Assembly (NCBI GenBank): GCA_965660325.1
Contig: CBFHZL010000004.1
Span: forward strand, 202 to 64,201
Reading direction: 5' to 3'
Origin: an uncultured Acidiluteibacter sp.
GTDB lineage: Bacteria; Bacteroidota; Bacteroidia; Flavobacteriales_E; Vicingaceae
DNA length: 64,000 nt
The translations under genes were made by a program, and so were the position numbers. This document shows, in pieces, positions 48,465 to 58,471 of the stretch. Under the pieces are notes generated by a model, which was not told the DNA's origin, ran no database searches, and saw only the letters and a program-made list of their open reading frames with translations. Position 1 is the stretch's first letter. Each line of letters begins with the position of its first letter.

Positions 48465-51400
48465 ATGCATAAATTCTTTTTCCATTCATTTATCAAAAAT
48501 AACTTTAGCTACCTCTTACTGGTAGCAGTTACCTTTTGCTCTTCTTCCGCAGTAGCGCAATTCTACACTGGAAGTAATATTGAGTTTGGAAAAAACAGGG
48601 TTCAGTATGAAAATTTTGAATGGAAATTTTACCGTTTTGATAAATACGAAACCTACTTCTACACAGGTGGTCAAGAAATAGCCGAGCACACCGCAGAATA
48701 TGCACACACCAAAATAGCTGAGCAAGAAAAGTTTTTCGATTACTATTTAGATGAGCGTATACAGTTTGTTATTTACAATAAGCATTCTGATTTTAAACAA
48801 AGTAACATCGGCATCGGCGCAGATGAAACATACAGTATTGGCGGAGTAACTCGAATCGTTGGTTCTAAGGTGTTTCTATACTTTGAGGGCGATTATACCA
48901 AACTGAATCAACAAATAGATGCGGGAATTACCGAAGTATTGATTTATCAAATGATGTATGGTGGCAGCTGGAAAGAAATGATTAAAAACTCCGCCCTATT
49001 GACCATTCCTAGCTGGTACGTAAAAGGACTAGTTTCTTACCTTACCTATGGAAATGATCCTGATATTATTAATCTAATAAAGGTTGGGATTGAGCAAAAT
49101 AAATACGAGAAGTTTAATCGCCTTGATGAACGAGACGCAACCTTGGCGAGTCATGCCATGTGGACATTTATTGCAGAAAAGTACGATCCTAAAACCATCA
49201 GCAATATCTTGTACCTTACCAGAGTAACCCGAGATGTAGAAGATGGCTTGCTGTATTCCATCGGAGTTTCGTTTGAGAGCATCACAGCCGACTGGACTAC
49301 TTTTTTCAGGGAGAAATTTATGGAAATTGGCAACGAAAGCTATACAGATAACCATACTCCCATCGATTTAAAAATTAGAAAAAATAGAGTGTATGAGCAG
49401 TTTAAACTTAGTCCTAGTGGCAACAAAGCAGCTTTTACCACCAATCAGCGAGGACAGTATAAATTATACCTATACGACAAACAGACCGGTAAAAAGAGAC
49501 GTATTTTTAAAGATGAGCATAAACTCGACCGAATCGTTGATTACTCCTACCCTATTTTGGAATGGCATCCAACCGGTAAACTGTTGACCTTTTTTGTTGA
49601 AGAAAAAGGGGAGCTGCAGCTTTACACTTACGATGTTGAAGAAGAGGAACTGTATCGAAAAAATATATTCAACTTGGAGAAAGTGCTGAGTTATGACTAT
49701 GCCCCAGATGGAAAAACAATGGTCTTATCAGCTGTTTTTAGAGGACAAACAGACTTGTATATATACCGAATTGGAGGAAACACACAAAAGAAAATCACCG
49801 ATGATGTGTTTGATGATCTTGATCCAGTTTTTGTAGAAAACGGAAAAGCGATTGCGTTTGCTAGTAATCGCAAAAATGATAGTTTAAGTCCTACGCAAAT
49901 TGAGTTCAGCGACCTGCAATACAAGAATGACATATTTGTTTTGGACCATCTTTCGGACGAACCTAAGTTAAGGAGAGTAACCAACACAGAGAAGCAATCG
50001 GAAATGCAGCCCATTCGATACAAAGGCAATATTGCTTACTTGGGACTAGAAAATGCCATTTATCAGCGAAAAGTAGCCCAGTTCGACAGTTCGGTAAGTA
50101 GAATTGACACGATTATTCATTATGATTATTTCTACAATGAAATTGAAAGTACGGAAAATAATCGCTCCATCTCAGAGCACAACAGCACTCAAAACAGTGC
50201 GAAAGTAAGTGAAGTTGTATTTACAAAAGAGAAATATTACTTGGTTGACAATGCAACCAATCGCAACAAGCAAGCGGCTTCAAGAACAAAAAAGTCATCT
50301 CAAAAAAAACGAAGTAAATCAGAGGAACAATCGCCTTCTCCAAAGGAAAAACAACTGATATTAAAGAGCAAACCAATTGAGCAATCGAAAAAAAGTGAGC
50401 AACTGATCAAGGAATATACCTTTAACAAAGAGCCTAAAGAAGCTATTAAGAAAACTACACGACCTAGAAAGTCAACGGTTATTACTACATTGGAGCCTAA
50501 AGATCAATCCAAACCATTTGGACTAACTAATCAACGAAATTATAACCTGAACTTTAGAATTGATAACTCTGCGTTGCAGCTCAACAATTCTTTTTTAAAT
50601 GGACAGTATCAGGTATTTACAGGAAGGCCCTACAACAATCCCGGGTTAGGTCTTGCTTTACAATATGGTATCGTGGATTTATTAGAGGACTACAGAGTGT
50701 ATGGTGGCTTTCGCTTCGCAGGAGAAACTAAAGAAGTTTTATTCGGTTTTCAAGACCGTAAAAAGCGACTAGACAAAGAGTACCTGTTGAGCTACACCCG
50801 CCAACGAGACGAAAGTTCGGCATTGCTAAGTAACTTAAACACAATTAGAGGGGTATACTCATTGATTTATCCTTTCAGTGAAATAACTAGTATCCGTGGA
50901 ACATTCTCCTTACGAAATGATCGAAGTGTACCACTTTCTACCTCTCAAAATGCATTAGAAACGGAAATCAATAACCGCACATGGGGAAGCGCCAAGGTTG
51001 CTTATGTGTTTGATAATACCAGAAACGTGGCACTTAACATTAAGTACGGTACCCGAATGAAGTTTTTTGGGGAGTATTATTACAAGCTTTTTGATGATAA
51101 CACGGAAGCAGAAGGCGAAAACTTGGGTGTTGTTGGTTTCGACATGCGACACTATCAAAAGATTAGTCGACAGTTAATTTTTGTGACACGATTGGCCGGT
51201 AGTTCTTCTTTTGGAAACAATAAATTGATTTACTACATGGGCGGTGTAGATGAGTGGTGGAATGTTTCAGACAATTTCAGAGATACAAAAATTGACCGAT
51301 CTCAGAACTATAGTTTTCAGACGATTGCTACCAACATGAGAGGTCACCTGCAGAATGCAAAGAATGGGAATAACTTTGTAGTTGCCAACGCTGAGCTCCG

Positions 51401-51731
51401 ATTTCCTGTGTTTTCTTACTTCATCCGCAAACCGATACAGTCGGATTTTGTACGAAACTTTCAGCTCATAGGATTTGGTGATGCCGGAACTGCATGGGTA
51501 GGAAATAATCCATTTGAAGATAAAAACCCTTCGAGCACAGAAGAAATTGATAACTATCCTTTTTCGATTGACGTTTATAACCTCAACGAACCAATTATCG
51601 GAGGTTTTGGATTTGGATTGAGAAGTACCCTATTGGGTTACTTCGTAAGAGTAGATTGGGCATGGGGAGTAGAAAACAGAACAATATTGCCAGACAATGT
51701 ATTTTATCTTTCACTAAGTTTAGACATTTAA
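48465..51731 (+). CDS. Large outer-membrane protein: peptidase-MA-like N-domain, PD40/WD40 propeller and Omp85/BamA-type barrel
   Basis: FGKNRVQY..F.W N-terminus; SPSG/WHPTG/APDG..DLY propeller repeats; NMRG, ANAELRFP, GFGFGLR and RVDWAWG barrel motifs. Confidence 0.75.
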   Translation: MHKFFFHSFIKNNFSYLLLVAVTFCSSSAVAQFYTGSNIEFGKNRVQYENFEWKFYRFDKYETYFYTGGQEIAEHTAEYAHTKIAEQEKFFDYYLDERIQFVIYNKHSDFKQSNIGIGADETYSIGGVTRIVGSKVFLYFEGDYTKLNQQIDAGITEVLIYQMMYGGSWKEMIKNSALLTIPSWYVKGLVSYLTYGNDPDIINLIKVGIEQNKYEKFNRLDERDATLASHAMWTFIAEKYDPKTISNILYLTRVTRDVEDGLLYSIGVSFESITADWTTFFREKFMEIGNESYTDNHTPIDLKIRKNRVYEQFKLSPSGNKAAFTTNQRGQYKLYLYDKQTGKKRRIFKDEHKLDRIVDYSYPILEWHPTGKLLTFFVEEKGELQLYTYDVEEEELYRKNIFNLEKVLSYDYAPDGKTMVLSAVFRGQTDLYIYRIGGNTQKKITDDVFDDLDPVFVENGKAIAFASNRKNDSLSPTQIEFSDLQYKNDIFVLDHLSDEPKLRRVTNTEKQSEMQPIRYKGNIAYLGLENAIYQRKVAQFDSSVSRIDTIIHYDYFYNEIESTENNRSISEHNSTQNSAKVSEVVFTKEKYYLVDNATNRNKQAASRTKKSSQKKRSKSEEQSPSPKEKQLILKSKPIEQSKKSEQLIKEYTFNKEPKEAIKKTTRPRKSTVITTLEPKDQSKPFGLTNQRNYNLNFRIDNSALQLNNSFLNGQYQVFTGRPYNNPGLGLALQYGIVDLLEDYRVYGGFRFAGETKEVLFGFQDRKKRLDKEYLLSYTRQRDESSALLSNLNTIRGVYSLIYPFSEITSIRGTFSLRNDRSVPLSTSQNALETEINNRTWGSAKVAYVFDNTRNVALNIKYGTRMKFFGEYYYKLFDDNTEAEGENLGVVGFDMRHYQKISRQLIFVTRLAGSSSFGNNKLIYYMGGVDEWWNVSDNFRDTKIDRSQNYSFQTIATNMRGHLQNAKNGNNFVVANAELRFPVFSYFIRKPIQSDFVRNFQLIGFGDAGTAWVGNNPFEDKNPSSTEEIDNYPFSIDVYNLNEPIIGGFGFGLRSTLLGYFVRVDWAWGVENRTILPDNVFYLSLSLDI

Positions 51732-52105
51732 TGGCCACACAAACACTAATCATTCTATTATTAATTGGCTTAGCTGGTGGTATTTTAAGCGGTTTAGTTG
51801 GCATCGGTGGAGGAATAATTGTAGTTCCAGCCCTAGTCTATTTTCTCGGCTTTTCACAAGCTACAGCCCAAGGCACCAGTCTAGGTATGATGCTACCTCC
51901 CATTGGTATATTAGCAGCATATAATTATTACAAAGCAGGAAGCCTTGATATGAAATATGCCCTTATTTTAGGACTTGCCTTTATCATAGGTGGATTCATC
52001 GGGTCCAAAGTTTCACTTGGTTTCATTAGTGAAGCCAACCTTAAAAAACTCTTCGGCAGCTTTATGCTGATTGCAGCAATTAAAATGATCTTTTTCTCCA
52101 AATAA
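51731..52105 (+). CDS. Half-size TauE/SafE (TSUP) family membrane protein
   Basis: G..SGLVGIGGG...VPAL and AQGTSL motifs; 124 aa from an ATG overlapping the upstream stop. Confidence 0.88.
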   Translation: MATQTLIILLLIGLAGGILSGLVGIGGGIIVVPALVYFLGFSQATAQGTSLGMMLPPIGILAAYNYYKAGSLDMKYALILGLAFIIGGFIGSKVSLGFISEANLKKLFGSFMLIAAIKMIFFSK

Positions 52106-52114
52106 GCACTTTTT

Positions 52115-53308
52115 ATGGATTTCGTTTCTATCATCAAGCAAAAATCAGCAGACTACTTTTTGGAAATACAAGCCATACGGCAGCACATTCATGCACATCC
52201 AGAGTTGTCGTTTGAAGAAGTGGAAACAGCTAAATTTATAGCAGACAAACTCACAGAATACGGGATTCCCTATAAGGCAGGTGTGGCTGGAACAGGAATA
52301 GTAGGCTACATCGAAGGCAAGAATCCAGCTTCCAAGACCATAGCACTACGCGCGGATATGGATGCACTCCCAATTACTGAAAAGAACGATGTAGTGTATA
52401 AATCTTCGAAAGAAGGAATTATGCATGCGTGCGGTCATGATGTGCACACTGCTTGCTTACTCGGAGCTGCTAAAATACTGCAAGAACTGCGCAACGAATT
52501 GGAAGGAAAGATTCAGTTGATCTTTCAACCAGGTGAGGAGAAACTGCCAGGTGGGGCCTCGTTAATGATCAAAGAAGGCGTATTAAGCGATACTACTTTA
52601 AAAGGAATTGTGGGTCAGCATGTATATCCAGAATTAGAAGTAGGTAAAGTAGGTCTAAGAAGTGGCATGTATATGGCTAGTGCCGATGAAATTTATGTAA
52701 AAGTGATCGGCAAAGGCGGCCATGCTGCACTGCCGCAGCACACAGTAGATGCTGTACTTATGGCTTCTAATATTGTAGTGAGTTTACAACAACTTGTGAG
52801 TAGAAATGCTCCACCTACCGTCCCAACTGTGCTTAGTTTTGGTAAAATTGAGGGTAAAGGAGCAACTAACGTTTTACCTGATGTGGTGACGCTAGAAGGA
52901 ACCTTCAGAACGATGGACGAAGAGTGGCGGGCTGTAGCACACAAAAAAATGATACAGTTAGCGGAACAAATTGCCATAGGAATGGGTGGAACTTGCGAAT
53001 TTGAAGTTCGAAAAGGATATCCTTTTTTAACCAATGACGCACACATGACATCAACCGCATATCAAGCAGCAACCGATTACTTAGGAGCAGAAAATGTCAT
53101 TGATTTAGACTTGAGAATGACTGCGGAAGACTTCTCCTTTTACACCCATCATACCAAAGGCTGTTTTTACCGATTAGGAACAGGAAACAAATCAAAAGGT
53201 ATCACACACAAAGTACACAATGCGCAATTTGATATTGACGAAGAGGCATTGAAAATTGGCATGGGTTTACTCGCCTATCAGGCCATTTGTCAGCTGAAAA
53301 AAGCGTAA
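52115..53308 (+). CDS. M20D family amidohydrolase
   Basis: HAHPELSFEE, LRADMDALP, MHACGHDVH, FQPGEE, GGHAA, AEDF. Confidence 0.94.
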   Translation: MDFVSIIKQKSADYFLEIQAIRQHIHAHPELSFEEVETAKFIADKLTEYGIPYKAGVAGTGIVGYIEGKNPASKTIALRADMDALPITEKNDVVYKSSKEGIMHACGHDVHTACLLGAAKILQELRNELEGKIQLIFQPGEEKLPGGASLMIKEGVLSDTTLKGIVGQHVYPELEVGKVGLRSGMYMASADEIYVKVIGKGGHAALPQHTVDAVLMASNIVVSLQQLVSRNAPPTVPTVLSFGKIEGKGATNVLPDVVTLEGTFRTMDEEWRAVAHKKMIQLAEQIAIGMGGTCEFEVRKGYPFLTNDAHMTSTAYQAATDYLGAENVIDLDLRMTAEDFSFYTHHTKGCFYRLGTGNKSKGITHKVHNAQFDIDEEALKIGMGLLAYQAICQLKKA

Positions 53309-53331
53309 TGAATCTGTTGAACCGCTAAAAC

Positions 53332-53363
53332 AAAAAAGCCGCCTCGATGTACCGAAGCGGCTT
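53332..53363 (-). terminator. Intrinsic terminator between the convergent M20 and coiled-coil lipoprotein genes
   Basis: Minus strand AAGCCGCTTCG-GTACAT-CGAGGCGGCTT followed by TTTT. Confidence 0.8.
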
Positions 53364-53384
53364 CATTACTGCGAAAAGTATCGT

Positions 53385-54239
53385 TTAATCTACCAGTACC
53401 ACTAAGTACTTCGATGCTTTCCAAAATTCTTCAGGGTTTGTAATCACCAAGCTGTCGATTTGCTTATCGTCTCCTTTAAATTCATAAGACCCTTTAGGAT
53501 GTGTCGTTACTAAAGAAGCTTTTTTACTGTATATTAAGAAAGAGGTGGTTTTCGTCAAATCTATCTTGCTGAAATACTCTTCATTAAAGTCATTCTTTAA
53601 TGTTTTTTGCTTTCCTAAACCTAAGAACCCACCTTCTTTCGTCAATACATTCTTTTCATTTAGTTCATTATAGGTACCATAAGCGAAGTAGGCCGTGTTG
53701 ATTTCTTCAATACTTTCTTCCAATGCTTTTTGCTTGCGCATATTTTCCAATGCCATTTCATCCAGTGACTGGTTCAGTTCAGTTACCTTAAAATTCATGC
53801 TGATTAACTCCTCTTTGAGACTTGCTATTTCTGCATCTTTAGATTGTACTCGCTTGCTTAAATTGGCAATCATCCGTTCCAATTCGCTCATCCTAATCCC
53901 AGACTTTTTGGCTTTTGATGACAATGACTCAATCAAATTATTATTATCAATCATCAATTTATTGATCATCTGTAAATCTCGATTGATTTTTTCCGTTTTA
54001 CCTAAACTCATCTCCGCGTCACCGTCAGTATTGATGGTGACTAGGTTTTCTCTTCGTTTAATTTCATCCAAATTATCTTGGATAAGGTTAAAGGTGGCCA
54101 TCATATCGTTGATGGTAGAATCTTTAGTAATGGCCTCACTCTCTAATGTTGTTTTTAGCTCTGTTAGTTGATCTACCTCCTCTTGGTTACATGCGAAGGT
54201 TACTACTGCCATCAAGACTATAATTGCATACTTTTTCAT
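53385..54239 (-). CDS. Coiled-coil lipoprotein with a globular C-domain (tentatively Cbp1-adhesin-like)
   Basis: ATG 54239 MKKYAI...TFAC lipobox; long heptad region; C-domain NTAY..GT..EL....EGGFLGLG...HP..SY...I.NP..FW..SKYLVV. Confidence 0.7.
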   Translation of the reverse strand: MKKYAIIVLMAVVTFACNQEEVDQLTELKTTLESEAITKDSTINDMMATFNLIQDNLDEIKRRENLVTINTDGDAEMSLGKTEKINRDLQMINKLMIDNNNLIESLSSKAKKSGIRMSELERMIANLSKRVQSKDAEIASLKEELISMNFKVTELNQSLDEMALENMRKQKALEESIEEINTAYFAYGTYNELNEKNVLTKEGGFLGLGKQKTLKNDFNEEYFSKIDLTKTTSFLIYSKKASLVTTHPKGSYEFKGDDKQIDSLVITNPEEFWKASKYLVVLVD

Positions 54240-54442
54240 TCTATTTCGATTTAATTTGTTTACGATTGACAATATAGAATTTTTATGCCATCTCATAAAT
54301 AAGTCAACAAATAAAATTAAACAACTAATTATCATTTAATTATATTTTTAAAACTATAAGTTAGGTTTAACAAGTGTAGAAAAATATCGCATATCCATAA
54401 TCAAACGGAAAGAATCTGAGGAAAAAAATACCAACTAAGCTG

Positions 54443-55012
54443 TTAGCTTAGACAAAGAAAACAGTTAGAGGTATGATCATTCACCATACCGGCAGCTTGC
54501 ATAAAGGCATAACAAATGGTTGGGCCACAAAAGTTAAAGCCTTTCTTCTTTAGTGCCCTACTCATGGCTTTTGATGCGTCCGTTTGAGTAGGCAAGTCAG
54601 CAATAGAAGACGGCCTATTTATTTGCGGTTGATGGTCGACAAATGACCACAAAAAGTGACTAAAACTCTCCTCTTCTTCAGCAAAAGAAAGAAAACCATG
54701 TGCCCCTTTTATCGTCGCATTTATTTTACCCCTATGCCGAATAATTCCTTCGTTTTTCATCAGCTCTTCCACTTTATTATCGTCGTATGCTGCGATAATT
54801 TCTGGTTGAAACTCATCAAAAGCTCTTCGAAAATTTTCTCTTTTCTTAAGCACCGTAATCCAACTAAGTCCCGCCTGAAAACCTTCTAGCATCAGCAATT
54901 CGAATAACTCCCGATCATTTCGTTGAGGCACTCCCCACTCTGTATCGTGGTAGTTCATATAAAGCGGATCTTGAGAAACCCAGCCACAACGTATTATCTG
55001 ATTTTCAGTCAT
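54443..55012 (-). CDS. tag: DNA-3-methyladenine glycosylase I
   Basis: RCGW, YHDTEWG, LEGFQAGLSW, GPTICYAFMQA.G.VNDH...C; ATG 55012 overlaps the upstream stop. Confidence 0.96.
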   Translation of the reverse strand: MTENQIIRCGWVSQDPLYMNYHDTEWGVPQRNDRELFELLMLEGFQAGLSWITVLKKRENFRRAFDEFQPEIIAAYDDNKVEELMKNEGIIRHRGKINATIKGAHGFLSFAEEEESFSHFLWSFVDHQPQINRPSSIADLPTQTDASKAMSRALKKKGFNFCGPTICYAFMQAAGMVNDHTSNCFLCLS

Positions 55013-55862
55013 GTTCTGCAACTATGGTAAAGTTATACCGATTAGAGAGTGAAGTTACGGAAAAGTAACCCAGAGCCCCATTCGATATATTTCCTTTCAC
55101 ATTGGCAGGTGGCCCATCAAAAGGAGTTCCTCTAAATTCTGTCTCCAATAAGGAGGTAATCACGAAGGTATAAAAATCCTCAGTGACATGCACCGTTTCT
55201 ATGCCAACCTGAATGCTGTCTTTCTTGCGAGGAGGAGAAAAATTATAATCCAAGAAGGATGGTTCCCTTATTTGATAAATTGTTCCGCCATCAATGTAGG
55301 AACCATCGACAAAGTCATCATTCTGAAACGATGTATAGCGGAGTGTATCATTAATCCATTCCCCATCGATATACACATGCCATAAATAACTATCGCCCAT
55401 ACCTGCAGGCTCTTGTGTCCAAATCTCAAGATTATATAACGATGCAAATGGCAAATATTCGTAAGACATACTGTCAATTTGCGTGTTTCGACGCATGGTT
55501 TCAGTTGCCGTGTATTGCTCTCCATTGGCCAATTCAATTTGCAAGGTATAGGTTGCACCGATCACACCGGAGTCCGCAGCCAAATTCTGATAGACTCCCG
55601 GAGAAATCTCATCAAATAATATGGTTTGATTATTTCCAACAATACTCACTGTTGCCCCTGTTTCTGCAGGTGCTTCGTTGGGCTGATAAAAAGCAGTACT
55701 GCGGCTTAATTTTACTTCATGTTGCTTGGCTTCGTTGGTCAGCGTGCCCTCGACTACTAACAGATTGGTAGAATCACCTGAAAGGTCAAATTCAATCTCC
55801 TCGGTGCAGGCTGTTGTCAATAGCATGCCAACAAAGGCGTATATAGTCAAATACTTTTTCAT
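55005..55862 (-). CDS. DUF4249-family lipoprotein partner of a TonB-dependent receptor
   Basis: Lipobox TTAC followed by acidic residues; LVVEG; C-terminal P.NV.GNI..GALGYF. Confidence 0.85.
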   Translation of the reverse strand: MKKYLTIYAFVGMLLTTACTEEIEFDLSGDSTNLLVVEGTLTNEAKQHEVKLSRSTAFYQPNEAPAETGATVSIVGNNQTILFDEISPGVYQNLAADSGVIGATYTLQIELANGEQYTATETMRRNTQIDSMSYEYLPFASLYNLEIWTQEPAGMGDSYLWHVYIDGEWINDTLRYTSFQNDDFVDGSYIDGGTIYQIREPSFLDYNFSPPRKKDSIQVGIETVHVTEDFYTFVITSLLETEFRGTPFDGPPANVKGNISNGALGYFSVTSLSNRYNFTIVAEHD

Positions 55863-58204
55863 TAGAACTTGAAATTATAGGTTACGGATGGCACAATACC
55901 AAAGAAATAAACTTTCTCTGCAAATGTTGTTTGTGTGTTTTCTCTTCGTTTGAAATTGATGGTAAATGCATTGAATCGATTATAGGCATTGAACAGGGAA
56001 AAATTTAAGTTGCTTTGCCACTTCACCTTTCCTCCAAACATCCTTTTGTCTTTTAAGAAATAAGTCGCTGTTAAATCCATTCGGTGATAGCTTGGCATTT
56101 GTTCGGTATTTCTATCCGAGTAAGTAGGAATGTACGTATCACGATACTCAAATTTCCCATTAGGCACTGTAATCGGCCGACCACTTGCAAACACCCAGAC
56201 CAAACCAAACTGCCAACGGTCAGATAATTCATAATTTACCACCACTGAAATGTCATGTGTACGGTTATACGGTGCTAAGAAGCGCTCACCTTGATTAATT
56301 TCAGGAATATCGCGCTCTGCACGGGACAAGGTGTAACTTACCCATCCATTTAGCTTTCCGCTCGTTTTCTGCAACATCAATTCCAGGCCATATGCCTCTG
56401 CTGTACCCACGCGTATTTCTCCTTCTACATAGCGATTAAAAAAAATTTCAGCATGATCTTTAAAGTCGATCACATTCTGCATGGTTTTATAATAGGCCTC
56501 CGCAGAGAATTCATATTGATTGCCCTTAAAGTTTCTAAAGTAACCTATTGAAACTTGGTCAGAAAGCTGTGGCTTAATGTTTGGGCCTGAAGCAAAATAA
56601 GAATTAAAGGGAGAAGAAGAAGTACTATTGACCGCTTGCTGAATGTATTGTGCAGTCCGCTGATAATTTGCCTTTAAGGAGCTAAACTCATTGAGTAAAT
56701 AACGCACTGAAAGTCGTGGCTCTAAATTGGCAAATGTATTGTAAATCTCTCCGCTACTGTAGGACACTGAATCTTGGAGCACGTATTCTTCCGGATTTGA
56801 CTCATCAAAAGAGTAGACCGTTCCTGATCCTACATTCTGAAAAACGGATAACCTCAACCCTGCTTCGAACGACCAAACTCCACCCCAGTCTATGGCATCG
56901 CTCAAGTAGGCGTGATGCTCTAAAGCAAAGGATTCAGGAAATGTCATGCTATTGACGAAACTTTCCCTACCGGCGTCAATCTCTACTGGTTTAAACGTGT
57001 GAAAAATCGAACCTGCACCAAACTGAACTGTGTGATTATCATTCAAAAAATAATTAAAATCAGCCTTCAGTTGATAATCCAATATCTGCGTGGTGGAAGT
57101 AAATTCTTGACTTCCATCAGGTATCCCTATTTGATAATCAAAATTACTCACGACTCCTGTAAAATTGCTCACCAACTTATCTGAAAAAACCTTGTTCCAC
57201 CGAAGCGTGGTTGTGGCATTGCCCCAATTCACCAATATTTGATCGCTTAGGCTTAAGACATCTCTCCCCAAATAAGCTGACAAGTAAAGACTGTTCTTCT
57301 CGTTGATTTGGTAATCTGCTTTGGCATTTAAATCATAGAAGAAAAGCCGACTGTCGCGGATATCTTCATCAGGTGCTAAAAATAGAAATGCATCCGCATA
57401 CGTTCGTCTTCCTGCAATCATAAACGAACCTTTATTTTTTTTGATGGGACCATCTATGTAAAGCCGACTAGAAATTAAGCCGATACCTCCTGAAGCATTA
57501 AATTCATTTGGATCGCCTTCTTTCATGCGCACGTCCAATATGGAAGATAGTCGCCCACCATACCGAGCAGGTATGCCGCCTTTATACAGTTCTAAATCTT
57601 TTATGGCATCAGCATTAAATACAGAGAAAAAACCCAAAAAGTGACTAGGATTGTAAATGGGTGCGTCGTCCAATAAGACCAAATTTTGATCAATGCCACC
57701 GCCACGAACATTATAGCCTGTCTGTCCCTCTCCTGATCCCTGCACGCCGGGCAGCAACTGTATGGTTTTTAATAAATCGACCTCGCCCATAAACGAAGGA
57801 ATCTTCTTGATGGTCTCCATCTGTAAAATGGTAGAGCCCATATTCGTGCCTTTAACATTGTCTACCTTGCGGTCGCCCACAATCTTAACTTCTTCTACTT
57901 GCGTAACCGTAGGCACTAAACGAATTTTAAAAGTCGTATCAGCAGTAAGTGCAATGCGATACCTTTGCGGCTGATAACCAATAAAGCTAAACTTTAACGT
58001 ATAGGTGTCAGTTGGTAAGGTTATAGAAAAAGCTCCATTCGTATTCGCACTTACCCCGGTTCCTTTTTTAACATCAACGACACTAGCACCTACCAAGGGC
58101 ATATCATTATCCGCTCCAAAGATGGTACCGCTGATGATATACCTCTCCTGAGCAATCAACTGTGAGGTGATCAGCATTAGCGTTATAAGAAGGGAATTTC
58201 TCAT
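55862..58204 (-). CDS. TonB-dependent receptor
   Basis: Carboxypeptidase-regulatory-like N-domain; plug LPGV...VRGG..DQNL.LLD; GGIPARYGGRLSS; C-terminal PSVTYNFKF. Confidence 0.93.
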   Translation of the reverse strand: MRNSLLITLMLITSQLIAQERYIISGTIFGADNDMPLVGASVVDVKKGTGVSANTNGAFSITLPTDTYTLKFSFIGYQPQRYRIALTADTTFKIRLVPTVTQVEEVKIVGDRKVDNVKGTNMGSTILQMETIKKIPSFMGEVDLLKTIQLLPGVQGSGEGQTGYNVRGGGIDQNLVLLDDAPIYNPSHFLGFFSVFNADAIKDLELYKGGIPARYGGRLSSILDVRMKEGDPNEFNASGGIGLISSRLYIDGPIKKNKGSFMIAGRRTYADAFLFLAPDEDIRDSRLFFYDLNAKADYQINEKNSLYLSAYLGRDVLSLSDQILVNWGNATTTLRWNKVFSDKLVSNFTGVVSNFDYQIGIPDGSQEFTSTTQILDYQLKADFNYFLNDNHTVQFGAGSIFHTFKPVEIDAGRESFVNSMTFPESFALEHHAYLSDAIDWGGVWSFEAGLRLSVFQNVGSGTVYSFDESNPEEYVLQDSVSYSSGEIYNTFANLEPRLSVRYLLNEFSSLKANYQRTAQYIQQAVNSTSSSPFNSYFASGPNIKPQLSDQVSIGYFRNFKGNQYEFSAEAYYKTMQNVIDFKDHAEIFFNRYVEGEIRVGTAEAYGLELMLQKTSGKLNGWVSYTLSRAERDIPEINQGERFLAPYNRTHDISVVVNYELSDRWQFGLVWVFASGRPITVPNGKFEYRDTYIPTYSDRNTEQMPSYHRMDLTATYFLKDKRMFGGKVKWQSNLNFSLFNAYNRFNAFTINFKRRENTQTTFAEKVYFFGIVPSVTYNFKF

Positions 58205-58471
58205 GACGGTTCAAACAATTAAATGACCATAAAGTTGAACAAATTTAAGGGTTTACTGCCTTAATTTATTGTTAGCTTGCTTGTAAAGCATACATGTAAA
58301 CTTAAAAAATATGAACTCCATCCACTAAATACCTCGATAACATTTCCAATACATTTCATGAACAAAATGGAGTGCATCGACTAACTAGCTCTTACCTAAA
58401 ATCTCGCACAAACAATTTATTATCTTAATTCTTTTTACCATATTTACAGTTAAATCTTAAACAGAAAAACG

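Noticed and set aside
48397-48489. Extended MBL N-terminus overlapping the Omp85-like start
   Set aside because: A promoter box at 48419-48426 and the family-like start MLSIKQFTFN favour ATG 48396.
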